Assembly: GCA_013239625.1 (NCBI GenBank)
Contig: MU054212.1
Span: 9,162,898 to 9,226,897 of the forward strand
Length of the DNA stretch: 64,000 bases
From: Lama guanicoe
Taxonomy: Eukaryota
Direction: 5' to 3'
The notes beneath the pieces are model-generated. The model did not search any database, was not told where the DNA came from, and saw only the letters and a program-made list of their open reading frames with translations. Position 1 is the stretch's first letter. Every line of letters begins with the position of its first letter. Shown here one piece after another: positions 26,490-36,205 of this stretch. Position numbers and translations under genes: made by a program.

Positions 26490-28207
26490 GTACCGAGGGC
26501 TGGGCCCTCCCAGGATCCCACCTGGCTCCTTCCTAATGAATCACAGCAGCCCTCCTTCCTCCCTTCCTCACTAGCTCCCACTGGCAAAGCTTTACCCAGT
26601 ACACAGAGCCACAGAGTGACTAGTTTTGTAGAAATAACTGAGCACATTTTCCCTAGAGAACCGTAGTTTTTACTCAAGCACTGAATTCCTAATCCTGCTT
26701 TAGGGAAAATGCCCTTAACTGCTTTTCTCCCCACTGTCCCCTTCCTCATTCAGTGCTTTGGCTCCATCAGATTGACAGTGACTCGCAAGACGTTCATCTC
26801 TGCTTGGAAGATGTTAACCCTTTCTGCACTTAAAGGAGGAATACTTTCGCATGTCCCCGTCTTCCTACTAATTTGACCAGTGTAATATTATCTAAAATGT
26901 GGGGGTGACTGCTAGAGTAAGGATGTATTTTGATTTTTATCCAAATAGACAGGAAACGCTTTTCACCCTAAACAGCATAGAAGAAAATCCCAGCATTTAT
27001 TTTCAGGCCCAGAATAACGAACATAGCTCTATAGCCCTTTGGGGGAATTTTCTGTCCTCCACTCGCCTCTCCAAAGTGTATTTTTTCTGTCTTCAGGCAG
27101 TGTTCACAGACACAGGCACCTTGCAAATATTTGTAAATTTTGTAGGTATTTTCCTCAATAATGTCTGTAAGAAAAACACAGGTTGATCATGGGTCATTTC
27201 ACTTTCTGATACTCAAAGAACAATTCTAAAATGGAGTGGTTTCCTTCACATTGCAAATGGACATTTTTGCTGTTAAACTGTCTACAGATAAGCAAAATTG
27301 GATGAATTAGGGTAAAATCTTTCTCTTACCAACTTCAAAGTTAATGTCATTCTTTGCTGCTGTGGCCTCATTCTCCGGGCCACCAGCACGCAGAGAGGTT
27401 CTCAAATGGGCTCATTTGACGTGCTGAGATGCCCACTGTTCCGGGGTCATGGAATCTTCTCTGAACTGCTTCCCCACTTCGGAAATGTCCGGAAAGAAGC
27501 CAGCAGGGTGTGGGGAGAGGAAAGGAATGACCTGGGGATGGAGTAAGGCACATACTCTAGGATGAGAGGGAGAAAGGTTGGCCGGCATTAACCAGGGCCG
27601 CCACCCATGCCGAGCGCCATGCTTGGGGGTAATAACTTTAGTTAGGGATGCTCTGGGAAGAGGGGACGTCCAGTTGGCAGTCCCACCTTAGGTCGAAAAT
27701 TAGCCACAGAAAATTATGTGGACCTTCAATAAGTAGATTGTTACGGCTCCACACGTGCTTAAATGTGCACGGTGTGTCCTACACACACAAACCCTTCACC
27801 CTCAGTGATTCACACAGTTCAGCAGCCCCTGCGGACCAGATAGAAGAATCTGGCTGGAATGGACAGCCTCTAAAGGCGTTTCTGATGGACACCGTGCTGT
27901 CTTTACAGGGGCTTGTGATTTACACAGGAGATGGTGGTTTGTCCTACCCCTTGCTGTGTCTTTGATTACATGCCTGATGCTGGAGGGCATCCTTGGTCAG
28001 AGAATACAGTCAGGCATTTCGGTTTTAGGAAGTAAAGATGTGCAGGTGAAACACCAGGGCTCAGTCTTGGCAATACCGGAGGTGTTTATTAATGTTGATT
28101 ACGATGTTATTTGTTCCCAGCTGTGGGAGTGGTGGGAAAGATTCCTCATACTTCTGTGCGGTTGGTGTCTTTCACTGCTCCCCCTTCCTGTTAACAGCTG
28201 CTTTGTG

Positions 28208-28270
28208 TGTGCCTTCCACGTGTGCCCATCATGTGTGCCCACCATGTGTGCCCGCCGTGTGTGTGTACCA
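28208..28270 (+). repeat. Short degenerate tandem repeat, about 13-nt unit TGTGCCCAYCATG, about 4 copies
   Basis: tgtgccttccacg tgtgcccatcatg tgtgcccaccatg tgtgcccgccgtg tgtgtgtacc. Confidence 0.75.
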
Positions 28271-29235
28271 CCTGGACCGGGTGCCCTGAGCATGGTGCTG
28301 AGCACGGCAGCGTGGTCTCTTCCCAGCCTCCCATCGAGCCAGGGACACTTGTGTGTTCCTGCCCCTTTATACAGACGGAGCTCTGAATTCGAGGGAGGAA
28401 GCCAAACGGCTCGCATCCCAGTCCCAAACAGGCATGACTGGGAGTCAAGCTCCCTGAGCAAGGGACTATGGTTTTGAAAAATGCTGAGTTTAACGTAGAT
28501 TCGCCAGTTATAAAGGTGGGCATCAAAATATCTAAATCCAGCCCCCTGAAGATGGAAGGTCTTCACCACTGTGGCCGTGGCCGAGGCCTAATTACGCCTT
28601 CCTGCGGGAGGGGAGATGTCTGGGGCTTAGTGGTAGCGGAGGCCTTGGGAAAGTGCGAAATGGCATGGCGCCCTTCGCTTTGCTGGGCCCCCATTGCCAG
28701 CTCTTTGCATGCCTGCTGGCGTCTCTTCTCCTCCCTTATCCACACTTGCCTTGGAGAAAGGATCCGAAAGCAGTGACTCTAAGTGTAGGGCCTGTGGGAT
28801 ACCTCTTCCTCAAGGTTGGGCCTTTTAGGAGGAGGGCAGATCGTCTGACCCAGACAAAGAAATGAAAGTCAAATTGTGGAAATTCTGGTGCCAACACAAC
28901 CAGTGGAGAGAAAATTGGGGGTTGAGGGGCGGGTGCAGAAGAGCCTTTGGGGTTCCATTAAATCCCCTCACAGAGGCCCCTATATGCCCAGAGGCCAGGA
29001 TGGTCTTACCTCTTAGATTAGTGAACCAAGGCACCAGGATTATTGGAAAAACTGGGGCTTCTGGCGATGGGCTTTCTCGCCACAGATCAAGAAACAGCTG
29101 GATTCTGAAGAAGCCTTAACTGTAGTGAGTTTTAACATGTCTTTTTCTCTTTCCTAACCTTTGTTCCCTCTCTCCCAAACCTCTTTTCTTCCCCTTCCTT
29201 CCCCTCTCCTGCTCTCCTCCCTGCTGGCCCAACAG

Positions 29236-29595
29236 CGAGGCCAGTCCTGCCTCCGAGCAAATCCCCACCGGAAAGGATGCTGCCCCCGGGAGCCCAGGCC
29301 TCCCCGCTGCCGCCGGTGCCGGCCCGCAGGGGAAGCAGCCGGTGCCCAGCCCTGCGCCGCCGGGGGCCGCCTTGCCCTCGCGCAGCGGGTCCTCGGGGCC
29401 CGCGCTGCGGCCGCCCCCCGCCCCCGCCTCGGCCTCCCGGGCCTCGGGCTCGGCACCGGGCCCCCAGAAGGCATCGCCGACCATAGAGAAGCTACCCTAT
29501 GTGCCCCACAGCCCCTTCCACCTCTTCTCCTATGACTTTGAGGATTCGCCCTTGTCCGCCAAGGAGAAGGAAGCCGAGTGCCAGCAGGAAAGCAG
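29236..29595 (+). CDS. FHOD3: FHOD3 alternative exon (likely exon 12, cardiac-specific region); 360 nt, phase 2-2
   Basis: About 100-nt pyrimidine tract ending aacag|C and donor AG|gtagag. Open frame EASPASEQIPTGKDAAPG...KASPTIEKLPYVPHSPFHLFSYDFEDSPLSAKEKEAECQQES; the KLPYVPHSPFHLFSYDFED motif matches human exon 12 as recalled. Confidence 0.94.
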
Positions 29596-29670
29596 GTAGA
29601 GCCGCCCACGTGGAGGCCTGTGTGAGGCTCGCCCGGGAGGGCGGCGCCGCGCGTTAACCGCATCGTCTGG
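29236..29670. other. Intragenic CpG island-like patch over exon 12
   Basis: Extremely GC/CpG-rich exon and proximal intron (e.g. gcggcgccgcgcg); not computed. Confidence 0.65.
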
Positions 29671-29727
29671 CTTGTCTGCTGCTGTGTTTGTGTGGATTCC
29701 GGGCAGAGCAGGGCAGTTGTGGTGTAA

Positions 29728-29755
29728 ACTAACTACTAACTGACCACTAACTAAT
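29728..29755 (+). promoter_or_regulatory. Cluster of ACUAAY (QKI/SF1-type) RNA motifs downstream of exon 12
   Basis: ACTAAC at 29728, 29735 and 29746, ACTAAT at 29750, plus a further ACTAAC at 29850. Confidence 0.65.
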
Positions 29756-30002
29756 TCTCAGGACTTGGGCAAATTGCAGAAGAAAATTACGTCGGTTTGA
29801 GTTAAGGAGCCCACTTGTTATAAAACGATTACTGAAAATGGATTTTTGCACTAACAGTTTATAAAAATACGCATGGTCTGTCAGAATCGATACATCTCAC
29901 ACCCGTCGTTCTGGCACGGGGTCTCTGTGGACCTGCGGGACGTGGCGAGGGGCTTTGCTATCTTCCACGCAGCTCTGAGTGGAGTTTTCCTTCCTTTAAC
30001 AG

Positions 30003-30077
30003 TGGCTCTGACTCTGTCCATCTGAGCGCGTATTCCGCCTCTGATCCCTACAACTTCCGGTCTTTCTCTTCTAATAG
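30003..30077 (+). CDS. FHOD3: FHOD3 alternative exon (likely exon 13); 75 nt, phase 2-2
   Basis: Acceptor ttccttcctttaacag|T and donor AG|gtgggt. Encodes GSDSVHLSAYSASDPYNFRSFSSN and keeps frame between exons 12 and 14. Too short for the ORF track. Confidence 0.9.
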
Positions 30078-30235
30078 GTGGGTGTCTTTTTGTTTCCTTT
30101 TCCGTTTCTATAGCTTTCTGCTTTTATTCTAACATATATGCATTTTTCCTTCAGTCATTGCTCTGGCTTCCCGTGAGACGGCAAACGATTGCAATTTGAA
30201 CTCACTTTACACACGTTAATAAGATCACGTGATTT

Positions 30236-30412
30236 GGGGGGAGGGTATAGCTCAGTGATAGAGCGCATGTTTAGCATGCACGAGGTTTAATCCCGGGTTT
30301 AATCCCCAGTACCTCCATTAAACAAACAAACAAACCCAATTACTTCTCCCACCCCCCTGAAAATAAAACCACAAGGATAAAATACTGGGCTTAAAAAAAA
30401 AAGCCTTAAAAA
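30236..30412 (+). mobile_element. Camelid tRNA-derived SINE (Vic-1-like) with 15-bp TSD
   Basis: ggggagggtatagctcagtgatagagcgcatg...aatccccagtacctcc plus A-rich tail. TSD aagatcacgtgattt (30221-30235) / aagataacatgattt (30413-30427). Confidence 0.9.
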
Positions 30413-30689
30413 AAGATAACATGATTTAAGAATGGACACCTCAATGATTCTTATGCAAACTGGAGGTGGGACAGAGGGAGGGAGGTGTGCAAATCAAAAC
30501 TGCGCAGGGAATTTTAGCAGGTGCTTGTCAGCTTGCCTGTGTGCCTGCCCTTCACTGTTGCCTGGATCAGGGACTCTGTACAGACTGGGGAATGGGGAAC
30601 ACAGGGTGTGAATATTTTAAACAATCAATTGTCCAAAATCAGTAATTGATACTACCGATGGCCACCCTTATGCTCAGTAAGAGTAATAA

Positions 30690-30885
30690 TCACTAACATT
30701 TATTGAGCATCTCTTACGAGCCAGGCCTTGTACTTTCCATGAAATTAGCACTTTAAGGTATCACTTAACCCTTAAGAGTTGATTGTATTACCAGACCTTA
30801 TTTTCAGGGAGGCAACTAAGGCAAAGAGAAGGTAGGTGAGTGGGGAGTGGTGTCCACCCCAGGCTGCTGTCCCAGAGTCTGGTGC
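30690..30885 (-). mobile_element. MIR SINE
   Basis: ctaacatttattgagcat...gccaggc...cttattttcagggaggcaactaaggcaaagaga. Confidence 0.7.
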
Positions 30886-31372
30886 TAATGTGTGCGTACT
30901 TCCACTGTGGCCTCTCTTGTAGGCAACCTGTCACTTTCTTTCCTGTGTGGTTTCTATCTACATGGTAACCCCTCCCACTCGGCCCTGACCCTGGCTGCCC
31001 CCAGCCAGGGGTTCTTCGGTCTAGTCCTTGTCAGTAAGATGCTTTTGCCTGAGTCTGTGTTTGGAGGACCCTCAGCCTGGGTCCAGACAAGAAGTTATTT
31101 GAAGGAAAGTTGGGGGCATCTAGTCCCGAAGGGCAGCTCTTTCACGTGACAGAAACGGCCAGGCAGTACAGATGTCATCGCTCCCATCTAATAAGCAGAA
31201 GATCTAGGACTGGGGCTCATCAAGCAACTTTTGTTGCTTTCCTGCAACCTAAGAGGATATTGAAGCTTCTCTCGAAGTTTTAAGTAGCCTGTCTAAAGTT
31301 TTTTTTTAATCAGGAGTCTAAATAGTTGTACAGGATGTAATTTGTTTATTATATATGTGCTTTAAATTTGCC

Positions 31373-31503
31373 TTTTTTGCGGGGGGGAAGGGGTAACTAG
31401 ATTTACTTATTTCTTTTTTTTTTTGATGGATATTCTTGGGATTGAACCCAGGACCTTGTGCATGCTAAGCATGTGCTCTACCACTTAAGCTATATCCTTC
31501 CCC
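31373..31503 (-). mobile_element. Camelid tRNA-derived SINE (Vic-1-like) with TSD
   Basis: gggattgaacccaggaccttgtgcatgctaagcatgtgctctaccac.. gctata; flanked by tgctttaaattt at 31358 and 31504. Confidence 0.9.
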
Positions 31504-34500
31504 TGCTTTAAATTTACTTTTGTCAAAACCTAGGGGCTTTGGATTTAATTGATCGAATGATGGAAAATTCCAATCTATGCCCAAGTGGCAAAGCCAATCA
31601 GTCCTCAGTCAAATGAAACTTAATTTCTGTCTCAAAAAAATCTGATTTTCATGTTTCAATTCAAATAAGCTAGTATGTGTCCCCAAGATACTAAGATACC
31701 TGTCTCACTCCTGGGGCTGATTCCCAGGTAGGCAGGCAGGCAGGTAGATCAGCCCCACTCTGAGCTTGTCCCTGGATGGATAAGCACCACCTTCTCCTTC
31801 CTCACTGTTTCTTAAGGAATTCCCCTGGAGTGACGCTTTCCCATATCATTCCTTTGCCTGGCACCCTGCAGGTTTACAGCTCAAAGCAGTGCCCCACGCT
31901 GATTCAGCCTGGGTGAGAATGTTCCTCTTTTTTTCCTAAAAGTGGGAGGCAATTGTGGACAGGGTGGGTGGGGAAGGAGAACCAGGAGGCCCTTGGAACA
32001 GCCACGGGCAGATCCATGTTAAGAAAGAGCAGCCATAGAACTTGAGGGTCTGAAAATTCATTTCCTCTTATTTCCAGGATGGCTTTGTGTACCCTCAGGA
32101 GTACATGACCCCCAGTTGAACACCTCCAAACTCCAAGTTCTTTGCCAGTCTTTTCTAGGTTTAAGTTTTTGAGGTTATTGTGATCTTTCACATAATTTTT
32201 ATGGAGCGCATCCAGCGTAGCTCTTATGTCCTCTAGGTACAGTATCTACGTGCAAGTTAGGAGCCACACATTTGACTGGAAGAAAAATACCTTGGCAACC
32301 GCATCTTCCACAGCAGGGTGGTGGTAGCCCGTGATGATTTTCCTGGTGATGGTCTTACAGCCTCTGACAGGGCTTTCCTGGGGGGTCCCAGGTCCCTCCC
32401 ACTTGGTCTCCAGGCAATTTATTACCCCTTATATTCCTGGGGAATGGGAGCAATGGAAACATGGAGATTGCCAAAATGAATAAACACATAAATTGAGGAA
32501 AGCAGCCACATGCTTGTGAATGAGGATTGGCTTCGATTTAACTGAGAAAAGTTTGCAATTTTAAAACCATTTGACAGGAATTTGAATACAGTATCAATAT
32601 TATTTGTACCTCCTAATTTTCTGACGTTCACTCACTGTGGTTTCCACAGGTCTGTCTGGCCACAGACTTGACTGCGCAGTGGTTGACTGCAATTGAATGG
32701 GTTATGATACAGACCAACCAGTTAGTCATTAAAAAGAATTTTTTAAAAACACAAACAAAAAGCACTGCGTGAATCGAGCGAATTGTGTGATCCAGCTAGT
32801 TCGGCTGAAATTGAGAAGCAAAGTTGGATAGAACACGAGGTCATCAGATTAATTGCTCAACCATCAGAAAAACCAAAGGAGGAGAAATCACGCTATGCGT
32901 TTTATTTCCATAACGTCACTGAATCATAATTTTAGTAAAATAATCCTGTTAAAGCATTCTCTGGGATGTCCACTTTTGGTCGGAAAGGGGATTGTTTTAG
33001 ATGGTCGCTCCGTGTCCAAGCAGCTGGGAGGCGCAGGGCTGAAGCCGGGGCTCAGGTCCCAGGGCAGCCTCCCTCCCTCCAGCCCAGTGCCCACTGCCTG
33101 CTTCTCCCCCTCTTCTTTGCTCCTGAGCCGCTTCTCCCTCCTCTGTGTCTTCCTCTCTTTTGTATGTTCTCCCTCTTTGCTTTTCTGTATTCTCTGTGGC
33201 CTGCAGTTTGGGGGCCCTCTCTTTTAATTTTTTTATTGAGGTGTAATTGACATAACATTATATTGCTTTCAGGTGTATGACATAAGGGTTCAATACTTGT
33301 ATCATCAGGGACCCCCGTGAAAAATCAAGCCAGCACTGACTTGGAGACACAGTTAACCTGTTAGACAAATAGAGTGTTGGATTTTTTAAGGCAAGAGAAA
33401 ATGAATTCCCAGAAGCCAAATCCCATGGAGGTGGTGTGTTAACAGGGGATGGTGATGGGGTAACACTGTGAGGCCTGAGTCCCCATCTGCCTGCTAGGGT
33501 GCCTGGTGCAAGCACTGGCTGACACATAATACCAAATAAATAAGAGCAGCAGCCAACACACCAGACTTAGCAACACAACGTAGGTTTGGGGTAATATAAG
33601 TATGTTATTTCCTGTTATAATAATGTGGTTGATTAAGGAAAACTGAAATATCACTTCTGTATCCCACTTTTTAACGTAGATGACCTTTTTTTTTATGCTT
33701 TCTTCTACACATAGTTTTTAACCTTTAAGAATATTTTTTATAATTGTGATCACACTTGGTGTATAACATTGTATCCTGATGTTACATGCAGTATGTGTGT
33801 ATACATACACAAATATTGTAAGTATCTGCGATGTTACAACCTGGCAACCTTTTTAATGATTGCATCCCAGTCTATTGATGGTATGATATGTCATACTTTC
33901 TTACTTTCTGGTTGGGTGGTTTCCAGTTTTTTTTGCCATGATCTCAAGGTTTCAGTGAGTAACTTCCTGCATGCCAATTTTGGAATATAAATAACCATAA
34001 GTTCATGTTAACTTCCCCAACATAGACTTGCTTGGTCAAAGGATATCCACATTTTGAGGTCAAATTGCTTCCCAGAATGGTTAGTACTGATTTCTGTTGG
34101 TCGGAGTTTGGACCAGATTCACTGTGTGCGGGAATCTGTGTGTGTTTGTATCATGGTGGCCCTGGGGCCCCACACACCCCAATACAGTGTCCTTATCAGT
34201 TAAGAAGCAGCAGTCGTACCTGCCTTGTTGCTGAGTAGGCTGTGAGGAAAAGCTCTCTGGATCTCATTATTTTTAGTTTATCAGGAATGTCTGCCTCACA
34301 CAAGGCTTTCAAATAATAATTTGCTGTCTGGGAATGCACTTGAATGGTGCTATCTAAATACAAGTAGGTAGCTGAAAAACTGCTGTTCTGAAAAACAGAA
34401 AGAAAACTAGAATTTTGCAAATCCTGAAACTTGTCAGAGATGACTGGAAAGTGGTAAAAGCTCATTTAAACCTAGTGGCTATAATTTTGGTTCTGAAGAA

Positions 34501-35081
34501 ATTTACTGGATGAAAACTTTGGACACATGCACCTCTAAGAAGTGGGCCAGTCTAGAAGGTCTGGGGAAAGTTTCTCCTTAATTGCTGAGCATGTGATGAG
34601 ATAACATTTAATGGATGAACTGACTTAGAAACACCTAAAGCATTTTTAATGAGATGTTTCTTTGGCCAATCATCTGTTATTTTCTACAGACCTTTGAGGG
34701 AATTAAAGCTAATTGTGTCCCTATGAGAGACAAGAAAATCTTCATGATTTGATTGAAAATAATTTGTATTCTTAATTTATGTTAGCAGCTTGTTCTGATG
34801 TACACGTAAAAAGAAAGGAAATATGAGGGTTTTCTTTAAACCCTTTGTCAGCATCCCGCTGTCTGACAGTTTTGGACTCTGGGAAGCTCTCTAATGGGAA
34901 ATAATCAAAACAAAGAAGTTAGTAAGTTTCTTCAAGCTGGGGTCATCGCGAACATTTGCTAGCATTTCCAGACCTGTTCTTCTTGCAGATGAAGACAGTT
35001 TGCAGAGTGTTATTCATTTATTGACTTGTAATCATTTCTCTGCTCCTTCCTGCCCCCAACTTAAACCTCTGCCCTCTTTAG

Positions 35082-35195
35082 ATACAGCAACTTTGGCAAC
35101 AACTCTCATCACTCCTCAAGGCCCTCGTCTGGATCCAGTGTGCCCACCACCCCCACGTCATCTCTGTCACCGCAGCATGAGGCCAGGCTGGAAAG
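35082..35195 (+). CDS. FHOD3: FHOD3 coding exon (likely exon 14); 114 nt, phase 2-2
   Basis: Acceptor gccctctttag|A and donor AG|gtgggt. Encodes YSNFGNNSHHSSRPSSGSSVPTTPTSSLSPQHEARLE. Confidence 0.96.
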
Positions 35196-35894
35196 GTGGG
35201 TTTTATAAGATGCGTGGTGATGGCTTCCCTGTCCTTAAGTGAAGGGAATCACTTTGCTTAAGAGTGCCTACAAGAAAAGTATAAATAAAAGGTACCAATT
35301 TGTTCTGGAGTATTTAAGTGGAAATGTTTTGATTCACCCCTTAAAAACTGTTCTAGATTTTGTGTAAACCCTGCAATTTGTCTTATACACATTAGTTTTC
35401 AGCTGTGAATGTTTCATTCTATGTAAATCAGGAGGTGGTGGGCCCATTAAGGTGTCATGTAATTAATCAAGGATCTACCGGAAGAGAAATGAATTGTAAT
35501 GGGTCCGTGGAAAGAATTTAACTTGGCAAGAGTATTAATTAGACCACCAGAAATCAACTGATTATTACTCCCAGGCACGAGTGATTGCACAAGGATGTGT
35601 TTACAAGGGGAAAAAGTAAGACCTGTAATTTTAGAACAATTAGAAACAGTTACCCTTATATGGCCAGAGTGCTGAGTTAGAGGAGACTGGCTCGGGTTCC
35701 AATTCACTCACTGGGAAGTTATTTAATCCCTGAGGGTAAAGGCTGATTATGCCAACCTTTACCTTAGAGGGTGGTTTTGACGAGCAGATGGAAAAGTACA
35801 CAGGAGAGCGTGGTGTAAGCCCCACCATGTGGGTCCACTGGGAAGTGACAGTGTGTGATGATGAGATGTAACTTCCAGCAGCTAGTGATTGACT

Positions 35895-36205
35895 ATAAAT
35901 TGATCTCTTCAAATATATTTCCAGTCCCCTTTATTCTTTCTTCTCCTTCCGGGACCCCTATTATGTGTAGATCGACACAATCTGTATTACCCCCGAGGTC
36001 CCTTATATTGTTTTCATTGGCTTTTCTGTCTGTTGTTCTGATTGAGTGATTTCCATTATCCTGTCTTCTAAATCACTTATTCATTCTTCTGCATTATTTA
36101 GTCTGCTATGGACTGCCTTTAGCTTGGCTTTTATCTCAGCAATTGAGTCTCCTGATTTTAATTGGCTCCTCTTTGTAATTTCTATTTCCTTTTTACAGTA
36201 TTCTG
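35895..36205 (-). mobile_element. L1 5'/ORF1-region fragment
   Basis: tcttcaaatatatttcc...ttctccttccgggacccctattatgtgtag...tgtcttctaaatcacttattcattcttctgc...atctcagcaattga. Confidence 0.75.

Noticed and set aside
27956..28569. Overlapping 173-aa (+) and 156-aa (-) ORFs, the former Cys-rich
   Set aside because: The Cys/Val and His/Thr richness comes from translating the TGTG repeat; no recognisable domain.
29116..29663. Long antisense and alternate-frame ORFs over exon 12 (122-169 aa)
   Set aside because: Explained by extreme GC content depleting stop codons; only one frame is bounded by splice sites and matches FHOD3.
30085..30113. Second acceptor-like site tttccgtttctatag
   Set aside because: Only 36 nt from the exon 13 donor, too short for an intron; the site at 30154 has the better branch point and spacing.
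33095..33210. Long pyrimidine tract ending in ctgcag
   Set aside because: Followed almost at once by an L1 3' fragment with no plausible exon; treated as low-complexity sequence.
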